Source: the human T2T-CHM13v2.0 reference genome, Homo sapiens. From it: DNA of 64,000 nucleotides. Positions 1-15,710 of the stretch are shown one piece after another. The position numbers and the translations under genes were made by a program. The first letter of the stretch is position 1. Each line of letters starts with the position of its first letter. The DNA is taken from NCBI RefSeq assembly GCF_009914755.1, contig NC_060929.1; one strand, written 5' to 3'. The notes below the pieces were generated by a model. The model had not been told where the DNA came from. It ran no database searches and worked only from the letters and a program-made list of their open reading frames with translations.

Positions 1-453
1 GAAGTGTTCTTAGGAAAATGACCTGAGATGGTTAATTTTATGTGTCAACTGGAATGGGCTAAGGGAGGCCCAGATATCTGGTAGAACATTATTTCTGGGT
101 GTGTCTGTGGTGGTGTTTCTGGAAGAGGTTAGCATGTGAATTGGTGAACTGAGCAAAGAAGATGTCCCTCCCCAATGTGAGTGGGCACCATCCAATCCAT
201 TGAGGAGCTGGATAGAGCAAAAAGGCAGAGACGAAGGATGAGTTTGCTTCTGTTTGGGCTATACATCCATCTTCTCTTGCCTTTGGATTTGGGTCTTCTG
301 GTTCTTAGGCATTTGGACTTGGACTGAATTATGCCACTGGCTTTCTTGGTTCTCCAACTTGCAGACAATGGATCATGGGACTTCTTGGCCAATTTCTAGA
401 ATAAATCTCTCTCTCGTTCTCTGTGCTTTTGTATCTATATCTATATGTAAATA

Positions 454-753
454 GAGTCATGCATCACTTAATGATGGAGATACATTGTCAGAATTGCATT
501 TTTAGGGAATTTTGTTGTTGTGTGAGTATATATATACATATATATTTATATTTTTACTTGGAAAACCGGATGTCTCAGCACCATTACTGAATATCAGTCA
601 ATTCCCCTACTTGATTTGCAATGCCAATGTCAAGTGCCAAATATCAGATTTCTATATGTGCTTTATTACAATCTGATGAGCCCACCATTGTATATGCAGT
701 TAATTATTGTATGTGCACAGTTAACTGGAACATTGTTATGCAGTGCATGACTG
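454..753 (+). mobile_element. Tigger3/MER7-type mariner DNA transposon relic containing an internal old L1 fragment (~570-665)
   Basis: Terminal inverted repeats agtcatgca...tgcatgactg with TA flanks; 'cacttaatgatggagatacatt' and 'ccaccattgtatatgcag' resemble Tigger3 ends. Confidence 0.6.
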
Positions 754-849
754 TATATATATATGTCCTATCGTGTGTGTGTATATATATATACATTATG
801 TGTGTATATATATATACATTATGTGTGTATATATATATGTATGTCCTAT

Positions 850-887
<38 letters not shown>

Positions 888-890
888 CAA
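752..890. repeat. Compound (TA)n/(TG)n microsatellite with higher-order repeated units
   Basis: Repeating tatatatatatgtcctat(c/t)gtgtgtgtg and tatatatacattatgtgtg units. Confidence 0.95.
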
Positions 891-1091
891 ACAATAGGAT
901 CTATCCATCTATTATCTATCAATCATCTATCCTATATATGTTTATATATCTTCTATTGGTTCTGTTTCTTTCATACTGACCAATATAATTCCATATGTCA
1001 TATTTTAACATTTTAATTCCTTACAAAAAGCCCCATCACCAGATTAAAAAGTAATGATTTGTTTCTGTTGCTCATGGGTACCAGGTAAGCA

Positions 1092-1703
<612 letters not shown>

Positions 1704-2795
1704 GTATGCTGCTGTTTTCTAATGTCCTGACTTTCTGTGGATTTATGGCTGTACATAAATATGTCTCAGTTTAAATCTGGCTTAAAACCTTTCTTGTTCT
1801 TGATTGGGTAGCCACTTCATTGAAAAGTAATTTTTATCTTCTCTGATTTACTTCAAAGGGGAAAGCCATGAGTTCTGGGCATACATGTGCCCAGTACGCA
1901 CTCAGCAAGCAGCTGAGAACGTGAGTGTGACGGTGGGTATGCCTTCTGACTTAATAATCCTTTGGATGTTTCCATTCTAATGCATTCATTATCTGTGTTC
2001 AAGATGGCTTATGCTTCCAGAATAAGATGCTACCAAATCACTGTCTTGAAGAATGCTTTTGGTCTTCATACATTACATTCACTATTCTCACAGGCAAAAG
2101 TCATAATTTAGAAAAAAAGGCTACCGTATGTGTTGGAAATATGGGCTGGAGTTCCATGCCTTGTTTGTCTAGTTAATCAGACCTCTGAAAGGTCAACCTT
2201 CTTAGAGAAGTACTAACATGGTTTGGGAGGGGCTATTATTGATAGATAATGGGTTCAGGTAAGGGCATGGCTGATACGTCCATATTTATTAGAGATAGAA
2301 AGTGGAAAGAGAAATTGGAAGGAGACATTGCTGATTCAGACACACACACTTTAGATTAAGTTTATATGTGGACAAGCAAGTGACAACGAGTGGAAAGCAT
2401 ATGTACGTTTGCATGTGCATGGATGTGCATATAAGTATTAATAGGTAGAAAGCAAATGAACATACTGGAGATGTAGACAATTAACATGAGACTGCAGCAA
2501 TCCTATCAAGGAACTGATAGTGCAGGGCAGGAAGACAGACGCAGCTGCTGTCACTCTCTTCCCTCCCTTTCTGAGCTGGTCATCTAAGAAGTATTGCCGT
2601 GCTGAGAGGAGTTTGGGGAAGAACCAGTTTACATTTTTCCCATAAAAAAAGAGTAGAAGTAAGAATGGAAATAGGATTGAGTCTCCTAAGTTGTTTTTAT
2701 TATAAATTCACCTAGCCCTTAAAGAAAATGTATTTGTTATCTTGGATTATTCATAAATTGGGGAAGCATCTTTCATAAGTAGATATTTGGAGTTA

Positions 2796-3170
<375 letters not shown>

Positions 3171-4077
3171 TTGCTTTTTGTTTTCAAAAATACAAAAAAA
3201 TATATTTTTTTATGATCAGTGCTGTAGGGTAAGTACATTTTTTGAAGACCAAGAGCACCCTTCGTGGATGCACTGGGTACCATGTAGTTTCCTTCTTACC
3301 TGGGAATGGAGGTTGGGGATGGGGACTAGGTTGATGGAAACTCATGAGATGTGAACCCAGGAACAAGTCAAAGAAAACAAGGTGCAACAAAGAAAATCCC
3401 TGCCACGGAGCCTAGGTGCTGCTGTCCAGGAGTTCCTAGACCCTCCTTAGACAAATGTCTGTAAGTAAGGGAGTGGTTGAGAAAGACAGCCAGCTTATCG
3501 CACAGTAATGGTTGTCATGCAGAGAGGAGACAGGACGGAGTCTGAGTCCATCAAGCACAGGCAAGGGGTGCCACAGGTCTCAGGAACTCTTGAAAACATC
3601 CTTGCGCTGAGGTGCACAGTAAAATATCTGACATGCATAAAAATGACTGAATCACAAAGAGAAGCTTAAATTATGCTCAAGGTCATTCACAGGTCAATGT
3701 CTTTTCATTTCGCCCACCAGACACTCATTGTTCTCCTTGGTCATGCTGCTATGAGTGCCTTCCTCCTCTTCCTTTGATCATCCTTGAGTCCCCAGAGCAG
3801 TCTTTGACATTAAGCAGAACCTTCTGGTGCCGCATCAAATGGTAACATCACGGTGCTATGCACAGTGTATACATGCACAGAACTCTCAGCCATGACTCTG
3901 CCTTCATTCCCAGGTCTCCTTCATCGCTAGCTCTGATTCGCCCTCACACTCCCTCACTAGGGGTGGGGGTGTGGAGACTTCAGGTGCCTGCCGGAGCCAG
4001 GTAGGGCTGTGTGGGGACTGGGGCAAAGTGCTCTGGGCCAGTTGTGGCTCACTTCCCATGCTGCCTGTTGTAAGTGA

Positions 4078-4443
<366 letters not shown>

Positions 4444-6439
4444 ATGAAACTTCTAAATTTTTATACGTATGTTAATGTAATACTTAAAAATATATGGGCC
4501 AAATGTGACACTCTGTAGGACCAATCTAGCCCATAGGTTTGAGTCTGTCATATCAGCCTTATCTATCTTTAAAATTCATCCCATTTCTGAGTCTCTCCCA
4601 TCCCTGACCTGTATCCAATCAAGTATGTATTAAGGACAAAGACGTGTATTAAGACATGACTTCAAGCTCGATTACAATAATAATATTATATAATCACATA
4701 TTATAATATATAATAGAATAGTAATATAATCTATAATATAATGATAATATACCATAATAATAGAACCCTGGACAGCAATATATTTCTCAAAAGGATGATA
4801 TAATCTTTAGTTATAAATGACATATTAGGGGAAAGAAAGTTTATACACAACTTATTTTTAAAAAGTTGAATTCGTAATGAACAAAATAAAGCTCTAGTTA
4901 GTATTCTTCAGTGGTTGGAAATCTCTCTAAACTGTTAAGACGTAGCTGGGGGCACATTTAGGATGGAAGAAAGAGAATTCTGATCAAGTAAAATGTAACT
5001 ACTATCATGAGCACAGCAAACATGCATTTTAATCAAACCATGGAAGTAGGGAAGTCAGAATCGATTATATTAATCATCAGAAATATTTTATCAGCAATTT
5101 TGTTTGGTCTATCAAGTTTCTTTTTCAAAGAGAGTGATTTATTTTTAAAAATTGTATATATTTATGGTGTACAACATGATTTAGTACATCAACAGTTTCT
5201 ATTGGTAAAAATCAATGTATCAGTCTCATAGTCCTTTGTGAAGTTCCTAGCTCCAAAAAACACAGAAGAGTCCCATAGTCATCCTGGTTACTAATAACTT
5301 CCTTTTATCCCCTTTGATGTATACCTCAAGAACCCCAAATTTAGCCTTGGGTAGCCCCAAATTCTCAGGCTAAGATTGTTTTGGGATCCTTTAACAGCTT
5401 TGAGTGGACGTTGTGGCATGAGCTTTATGCCAATCTAGTCTAACTGTACAGACTGGGGGAGGGTGGAGGAACTCAAAATAACCTTTCCTAGATGTCAACC
5501 CCAGGCTACCCTGATGGCTGTCCCCACCTTGAGTCACTGCGTGGCACTTGCGTGTGCCATCCCAGGAGGCCCTTGCTCACTGCTGTCACACTTTCTTGAC
5601 TTGTCCTTGGATCCTTCTCAGCTTTGGGTCATCACTTCTTCACCAGCCTTGCAACTCTGGGTATTTCAAATGATTCACTATAGGCCTGAGGCAAATTTGC
5701 CATGCTCTTAGCTGAGCAGCCAGTTGTCACCTTGAGTCACAGGCTTGAGGTCACCATTGGTACTGCCACTTAAAAACTGAGATCTATGCTTCTGCTCCGG
5801 CCCCATGTTTTCTGCATAGACTTGTGTACACTTGCTGTTCTCTGCTGCATCTCAAAACCCTGAATTTTTTGTCTGTAGTGGGGCTGAGAAGTCTTGTTTT
5901 CTTATCATTACCCTATGGTACCTACCTGGAGTAAACTGCTGCATGTAGAACTTCTGTGTGGAGGGCCTCTCATTCTGAGACAGAGTCCAGACTTGCAGAG
6001 AGCTGCTCCAAAAGCAATACTGAGTGATTTTCACAGCCTTGTAGCTTGGCTGGGGGGAGGGTGGAGCAGAAGAGCTGCTGCCAATTCCAGTTCAGCTTAC
6101 GGGAGGCAATCCTCCTGTTCTCCCCTGGGAATCTTGGGTGGATACTGTGCAGGCTGTTATGCATCACACTTATTTTACCCTTAACAGTATAGCCTGGAGA
6201 TCGTGCCGTATGAGGGCATGTCAAACTGTCTCATATTTTTAGAGACTACGTATTATGATTTATTTAGCAATTTCCTTATTGAGAAATGCCCAAACTTTTG
6301 ATCACAGACACTGTTACATCAAATGTGCCTGCACACAGGCTATTTCACCCATGTGCCAATAAATCTTTCTCAGAAACTTTCAGTTGACACAAATTAGTAA
6401 AATGAAGAAAGAAAGATGCTGTACTACTCGTAACAGAAA

Positions 6440-6590
6440 GGCCATGGGACCAGGAATCAGAAGACCTGGGTTCAAGTCTCAGCTCTACTAATTTGTGAGA
6501 TTTGGACTAAACAACTTGTCTGAAGCTCAATTTCCTCATAAGTAAAATGGAAATAAAATCCCTTGCTTTGCTTTACTTATGAGGGTTTTA
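6440..6590 (+). mobile_element. MIR SINE
   Basis: 'gaagacctgggttcaagtctcagctct...ctcaatttcctcataagtaaaatgg'. Confidence 0.7.
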
Positions 6591-7070
6591 TAACCGTTAG
6601 ATCTCCAAACACCCCCCCTCGCTCCCTCCTCTCCTCTTTCGCTTCCTTCCTTCCTCCTTTCTTTCTCACCCAGTGTTCTTTCTACTCTTCCAAAACTTTA
6701 GGAAAATTCAATTTTTCGTCTTCCAGAACCTACTCAGTAGCATACTCCGAAGGAGCTCTGCTCCCTTTTTGGTGTCTCTGGTGTGGGATGGGCCCACGTG
6801 CTATCACTGTAGCTCTTATCCGTTTTCAGTAGGCCCAGAGGGACTAGACTGCCTTGAGATGGGTCTAATATGCTCGCCTGAGAATGGTTGAAGGGGTGAG
6901 TTGGTGTCTGAAAACATTTCAGCAGGCAACATTCTTTGCTCCAGAAATTCTAGCAGATCCTCTTGCACTTGAAAGAAATGTGATTATTTTTATTTCAAGG
7001 GCAATCGTTGGAACTCTAATGAGCAATTTTCATACCACTGAAAAACTAATATAGGACATAATGACTCTGA

Positions 7071-7595
<525 letters not shown>

Positions 7596-7704
7596 TGATT
7601 AACCCCTTATAGATTTGACTTAACAATGACAGAGCAGTTTTAGAAATTATTATGGAACTAGGTGCTTTGCTAGCCAGTACAGTTATATAAATGGATAAGA
7701 TGCA

Positions 7705-8159
7705 CTGTAGTTCCCCTTAATCAGCAGAGGATATGTTCCAAGACCCCCAGTGGGTGCCTGAAACTAGGGATATTACCAAACTCTATGTATACTATGTTTT
7801 TGCAATCTGATAACCGAGCTGGCTAAGTGAGGAACTGGTGGGTAGCATAGACAGCTTGAAAACATAGGACAAGGGGATGAGTCATGTCCCTGGTGGGACA
7901 GAGTGGAACGGCGTGAGATTTTACACTACACAGAACGGTGTGCATGAAAATTCCAGCATAAAGACAGAAACATAACTGGAATTTCATGCACACTGTTCTG
8001 AGTGTAATTTTGTTCCACTGTGTGGAAGTTTGTTTCACACACACCATTCTCAGTGGAATTATTATTTATGTCTGGAATTTTCCATGTAATATTTTTGGAT
8101 TGTTGTTGACTGTGAGTAACAGCAGAAAGTAAAAATATGGGTAAGGGGGTACTATTGTA
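7705..8159 (-). mobile_element. MER44 (Tigger7-derived) DNA transposon with an internal non-consensus insertion
   Basis: Ends 'tagttccccttaatc' and 'gggtaagggggtacta' are degenerate TIRs; 'gttccaagacccccagtgggtgcctgaaac' and 'ctggaattttccat' match remembered MER44 sequence. Confidence 0.75.
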
Positions 8160-9702
8160 GTTTCTTTCCAGAAACAATTTATTGTTCAGTGGAGAAGACA
8201 GACAGACAGACAGATAATTTGTTGTTGTTTTTTCCCCAGAACAAATCCACTCAATATTCACAATAAAGCATTAAAATACTCTCGGTAGTCTGGGCAATAC
8301 TGGTAACTACTTGTTCCTAGAGTTTTCAAGTTCTAGAAAGGAGAATATATCAAACCTTGCTGCTTAGCAGCTAACATGAATTGTGCAAATAATCATTTCC
8401 ATATTCATTCAGCATCAGAATATGAATTACCAGGCACCAGAGATACAAATCCTTGCCCTTAAACACCTTCTAATGGCAAGGTGGAAATTGTAGCATCACA
8501 GACTCGTGTGAAAGACTGCATGCTTGTCTGTATGGTAGAGTGTCCTGCGTCAGGATCAACAAGGCTGCAAGGTTGGGAAATATTTTTCTTGTAAAGAAAT
8601 GTTGCTTATAATGGTATTTGTTTTGCTTAAAGTTTGACCTAAGCCGTGACGATAACTCAGTTGGGTCACTCAGCTTTGAGATAACAAAGATCTCTGTGTT
8701 TATCTTTTACCATTCGGGAAAATTTTCTAAAAGGTTTCATCTGTCTGGAAAAGGATACATTGAGAAGGTAGAGCTATACACTGAGTAAAAACAGAGCTTG
8801 AAAGTTTTTGACAGGTGGAGAGCCCTAATTATACATACATGAATAAGGATCTTGTTTATTATAAAGAGGAATGTTTTGTTTGTTTAAGGAAGACAACATG
8901 TCTTTCTTAAAACTGCCACTTCAGTGAGAGTATCAGATTGGCATTTGGTAGGAACAAGAAGTAGCAGAGTTAATTCGGTTGTCACAATTCTCTCTCACCA
9001 ACATAATTAATATTGTAATAAATGAAAAACCCTTTCGTGGAATTTTTAAAAAAGGCATAATTAATGTTAGAAAGCTAACAACATCAACCTTAGTTGTGAC
9101 TAAGTAGCGACTTATACAACTCATAACCATTTTGACTGAATTGACAAGGATAACATAAATAAATACAAGCTAAATCTTGCAACTTTTGTTGAAGTACATA
9201 GGTTCAGGAAAAATAACCTCCATATAATGAGGAAGTAGAATGATGCCTGGGGTTTGTGCTCTTTGAAGTCACAAAAGAAGTCACAGCAAGATTAGGAATA
9301 TCTCAAGATCTCCTAAACTCCAGCTCAGTGCATCCCCCATATTCACATACTTCGTATGATCGCCAAGTGATTATTTGAGCAGCTATTTGGCTCTAGATAG
9401 AAATGGAATTTTTATTGTCACAATTCATTTAAATGGTGTTGACTTTGGGTGGCGAACAAGCTGGGATCAGACCAGCTTGATAGTGTGCTTCAGGCAATGA
9501 TGTCAGCAGTTGCGTGTTAAACAAATAAATTAGAGATTCCTTTAATGCCAAGTTACACAATCAGAAAGACAACAATCTGTTTCCATTTGCTTTTTACAAC
9601 GTTTGTGTAACTTCAGGGCAAAACTTAGAGCAAGTCCACTGGCAAACCCGGGAGGCGGGGGCTAGTGATTATTTTCTAACATGGCAGATAAATGCGACAA
9701 AC

Positions 9703-10454
9703 GCTCCGACCGTAAGTCCCTGAGCCTGGCAGTGGAATGCTCCCCACCCACAGGCCATACTCCTGGTGCGCCTGACTTCTCAGCTGTTCAGGGCTGTTTC
9801 CTGGGCAGGCTGCAGTCTGCCCTGGCCTGTTTCTGGAGTGCTGAGCAAGCATGCCTGCAGGCCCCATTACAGCACACAGCCAACTGGCCCAGGTAGGGCT
9901 GCCTCACTCCCCAGCAAGGGGGCCCAGCTGGAGCTCGAGGAGATGCTGGTCCCCAGGAAGATGTCCATCAGCCCCCTGGAGAGCTGGCTTACAGCCTGCT
10001 GCCTCCTGCCCAGACTGGATGCCCAGACCCCAGGGACTGCGGCTCCAGCCCAATTCTATGAGTGTCTCCCTAGCCAGATGGGGGAAGGGGCCAAGCAGGA
10101 GGATGAGAAGGCCTGGGATACAACTCAGATGCAGAGCAAAAACGTGCTGAAGACCCGCCGGCAGAAGATGAACCACCACAAGCACCGGAAGCTGTGAGGC
10201 CGCTGTTCCTGCGGCGGGCGCCTGAAACGGAAGCCGATCAAGCTCAAGAGAGACCCGAGGAGTATCTGGGTGAAGGCGGGTCTGAAGGAAACCCCTGGAG
10301 GCTGGCAGACCCCCAAGATCTACCTGAGGGGCAGATGAGTCTGGTACCTCCCTTCCCGCCCCGTTGCTGCTGGTGATCCATGGTAATAAGTGCTCAGAGG
10401 ACTCAGCTGTTAAAATAAATAAATAAATAAAAATAAAAAAATAAAAAAAAAAAA
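9703..10454 (+). pseudogene. AURKAIP1: AURKAIP1 (mitoribosomal mS38) processed pseudogene
   Basis: Translation [10 protein letters not shown]...[26 protein letters not shown]...[19 protein letters not shown] matches AURKAIP1. Start ATG is mutated to ATA (9757-9759); deletions and a frameshift give TGA at 10195-10197; the WQTPKIYL remnant lies downstream. Intronless, with AATAAA/poly(A) at ~10412-10454 and degenerate TSD 9686-9702 / 10458-10477. Symbol is the parent gene. Confidence 0.93.
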
Positions 10455-10692
10455 GAGAGAGAAATGCTGAGAAAAACTTCCAGCCTATTTCTTCAACCTC
10501 CAGGAAGTGTGTGAGGTGAACAGTTGGTTGTAGGGCGAAGGCTGTAAGAATCTTCATTCAAGGGACCAGTCCGCACTGACACCTGCCTCCAGATTGCAAC
10601 AATTCTCTATGAAGTGTGCATTCAGCTGTATGCTATTTAGCGCTGTGTTAATTATTATTGTTGGTAATAACAACTATCGTCTATTGAGGGGC

Positions 10693-11276
10693 TTTTTTTT
10701 TTAACTTTTATTTTAGGTTTGGGGGTACAAGTGATGTTCCACAGGTAAACAAGTGTCACAGGATTTGTTGTACAGATTATTTCATCACCCAGGTATTAAG
10801 CCCAGTACCCAATAGTTACCTTTTCTGCTCCTCTCGCTCCTCCCACCCTTCACACTCAAGTAGACCCCAATATCTGTCGTTTCCTTCTTTGTGTTCATGA
10901 GTTCTTATCATTTAGCTCCCACTTATAAGTGAGAACATGTGGTATTTGGTTTCCTGTTCCTCCATTAGTTTGCTAAGGATAATGGCCTCCAGCTCCATCC
11001 ATGTTTCCACAAAAGACATGATCTCATTCCTTTTAATGGCTGCATAGTATTCCATGGTGTATATGTACCACATTTTCTTTATCCAGTCTATCACTGATGG
11101 GCATTTAGGTTGATTCCATGTCTTTGCTATTGTGAATAGTGCTGCAATGAACATTCGCGTGCATGTGTCTTTATAGCAGAATTATTTATATTCCTCTGGG
11201 TATATGCCCAGTAATGGGATTCCTGGGTCGAATGACAGTTCTGCTTTTAGCTCTTTGAGGAATCACCATACTGCTT
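10693..11276 (-). mobile_element. 5'-truncated primate L1 (L1PA13-16/L1PB-like) 3' end, inserted into a MIR
   Basis: ORF2 C-terminus MFIAALFTIAKTWNQPKCPS...WIKKMWYIYTMEYYAAIK, 3'UTR and poly-T; the flanks rejoin as MIR 'ctattgagg...tatgtgccaggcact'. Confidence 0.92.
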
Positions 11277-11419
11277 ATGTGCCAGGCACTCATTTAGGGG
11301 CTTAAATATATTTGATTCTTCACCACTGTGGGGTCATCTAAAACATCTTTTAAAATTTCAAATATGACTTATAAACAGATCCAGAAATGGATTAAGGAGG
11401 GGGAGTAAAAAGAATAAAC

Positions 11420-11835
11420 TTGAAAACAAGTACTCAGATAAATACCTGTACATGACTTTTCATAGAAGCATTATTCACAATAGCCAAAAGGTGAAAACAG
11501 CCTAATGTTCATCAATGGATGAATTAATAAGCAAACTTTGGTATATCTATGCAACTGAATATTATTTAGCAGTAAAGAAAAGAAGTACTGATACATGCTA
11601 CAACATGGGTGAACTTGGAAAACATCATTCTGAGTGAAAAAAATGCAACACGAAAGGTCTCATATTGCATGCTTTTCTTTATTACCAGTGGGTACCTGGT
11701 TTTCTTTTGGGGCAATGAAAATATTTTAGAACTAGAGAGAGGGGGTAGTTGAACAACACTGCAAATGTACCAAATGCCACTGAATTGCACACTTTAAAAT
11801 TAATTGTATGTTATATGAATTTTACCTCAATAATA
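11420..11835 (+). mobile_element. L1MB-type 3' fragment
   Basis: 'gcattattcacaatagccaaaaggtg...tgccactgaattgcacactttaaaa...ttttacctcaataa'. Confidence 0.8.
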
Positions 11836-11841
11836 ATAACA

Positions 11842-12591
<750 letters not shown>

Positions 12592-12736
12592 TAGAAATTT
12601 TATTATTTTTATTCACTGCTATGCCTTAAACAATGCCCTACACAGGGCAGGTGTGCAGTACATATTTGGTGAATAAATGTATGGATGAACATCAGTATTG
12701 AGTCTTAGTTTTCTTCAACATCAGGCATCATGGGTA

Positions 12737-13512
<776 letters not shown>

Positions 13513-14084
13513 AGGAGGTACTTTTTAATCTTTTACTGCCACCTGGAAATGGAGGATGCCGTTTAGATAGTTTTGGAATGAAACTAAAGACAATCTAGTT
13601 GGCAAGATGAGACAGGTAAACAGAAAGTTAAATGATAATGCAGGAGAATAATATGATGTTATAGTGGAAGAAACAACCATCTGGGAATCATTAGATTTCA
13701 TTTTTGATTCTGACTATTTTACTCAGGAGAGGATTTCAATCTCTGTGGGCCTCAATTTTCTCATTGGTAAATTTAGAAGGTGAGACCAGATGGCTTCTCT
13801 GACCCATTCTATACTTTACTTGTTATGCACATTTGTTTGGCAAAGGACACGAACTCTATGAATTTAAATGAATAGAAAATCCTCCTAGGTCAGGTCAGTT
13901 AATTCTTCCTCCACCCTGATCATGTGACAGGTCAAAAGAAGAAGAAAGCTGAGAAAATCTCTTCTAAACATGAAATTCTGTTGCTTAGTATAATTTTGTG
14001 AAATGTGGGCGAGAGTGAATCCTAAGATATATCCCAAGCTTTTTGAGGAAACGATTCTTATTTAGGAAAGTGATGAGTATGTGA

Positions 14085-14395
<311 letters not shown>

Positions 14396-14494
14396 TGATG
14401 CAAACTTTTGAAGAAACTAAATACTGTATTCAAAAAAAATTATAAAGGCTACTAGGATCGTAAGTGCATCGTTAAGCCTACACATCAGTGAAAG

Positions 14495-15710
14495 TGTATC
14501 CAGAATTGGTGGGTTCTTGGTCTCACTGACTTCAAGAATGAAGCCGCGGACACTCGCGGTGAGTGTTACAGCTCTTAAGGCAGCACTTCTGGAGTTGTTC
14601 GTTCCTCCTGGTGCGCTCGTGGTCTCGCTGGCTTTAGGAGAAAAGCTGTAGATCTTCGTGGTGAGTGTTACAGCTCATAAAAGCAGTGTGGACCCAAAGA
14701 GTGAGCAGTAACAAGATTTACTGCAAAGAGTGAAAGAACAAAGTTACCATAGCGTGGAAGGGGACCCGAGCGGGTTGCCACTGCTGGCTCAGGCAGCCTG
14801 CTTTTATTCTCTTATCTGGCCCCACCCACATCCTGCTGATTGGTAGAGCCCAATGGCCTGTTTTGATAGGGCGCTGATTGGTGCCTTTACAATCCCTGAG
14901 CTAGATACAAAGGTTCTCCACGTCCCCATCAGATTAGTTAGATACAGAGTATGGACACACAGGTTCTCCAAGGCCCCACCAGAGCAGCTAGATACAGAGT
15001 GTCGATTGGTGTATTTACAATCCCTGAGCTAGACATAAAGGTTCTCCAAAGCCCCGCCAAACTCAGGAGCCCAGCTGGCTTCACCCAGTGGATCCTGCAC
15101 CGGGGCTGCAGGTGGAGCTGCCTGCCAGTCCCGCGCCATGCGCTCACACTCCTCAGCCCTTGGGTGGTCGATGGGACTGGGCGCCGTGGAGCAGGGGGTG
15201 GCGCTCGTCGGGGAGGCTCGGGCTGCACAGGAGCCCACGGAGGCGGGGGAAGGCTCAGGCATGGCGGGCTGCAGTCCTGAGGCCTGCCCCGCGGGAAGGC
15301 AGCTAAGGCCCGGCGAGAAATCGAGCACAGTGCCTGTGGGCCGGCACTGCTGGGGGACCCAGTACACCCTCCGCAGCCACTGGCCCGGGTGCCAAGTCCC
15401 TCACTGCCTGGGGCCGGCAGGGCCGGCCGGCTGCTCCGAGTGCGGGGCCCGCCAAGCCCACGCCCACCCGGAACTCCAGCTGGCCCACAAGCGCTGCACG
15501 CAGCCCCGGTTCCCGCTCGCGCCTCTCCCTCCACACCTCCCTGCAAGCTGAGGGAGCCGGTTCTGGCCTTGGCCAGCCCAGAAAGGGGCTCCCATAGTGC
15601 AGCGGTGGGCTGAAGGGCTCCTCGAGTGCCACCAAAGTGGGAGTCCAGGCAGAGGAGGCGCTAAGAGAGAGCAAGGGCTGTGAGGACTGCTAGCACGCTG
15701 TCACCTCTCA
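14495..15710 (-). mobile_element. Solo LTR12C (ERV9) LTR, 1216 bp
   Basis: Minus strand starts TGAGAGGTGACAGCGTGCT and ends ...AAGAACCCACCAATTCTGGATACA; TG...CA termini; perfect AAAG TSD (14491-14494 / 15711-15714); CpG-rich U3. Confidence 0.95.
14795..15012 (-). promoter_or_regulatory. LTR12 core promoter: three CCAAT (NF-Y) boxes, GATA site and AATAAA/TATA-like box
   Basis: gattggt at ~14838, ~14876 and ~15004; 'gcttttattctcttatctggcc' reads ggccagataagagaataaaagc on the minus strand. Confidence 0.7.

Larger units (their letters stand above)
25..988 (+). mobile_element. MLT2B-like ERVL LTR, interrupted by a Tigger3 element, an L1 fragment and a microsatellite
   Basis: 5' end 'gatggttaattttatgtgtcaact...acattatttctgggtgtgtctgtg' and 3' end 'ctattggttctgtttct...ctgaccaata' match remembered MLT2 termini. 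Confidence 0.75.

Noticed and set aside
621-1016. Tyr/Ile/Cys/Val-rich ORFs
   Set aside because: Artefact of the TA/TG microsatellite.
9904-10557. 217-aa minus-strand ORF
   Set aside because: Antisense shadow of the GC-rich AURKAIP1 retrocopy plus its poly(A) tail; no independent homology.
10912-11154. 80-aa ORF with strong protein-like signal (also 60964-61203)
   Set aside because: C-terminal remnant of L1 ORF2 in 5'-truncated, inactive L1s.
14938-15674. Cluster of overlapping 64-202 aa ORFs on both strands
   Set aside because: All lie within the GC-rich U3 of LTR12C; stop-poor composition, no recognisable protein.
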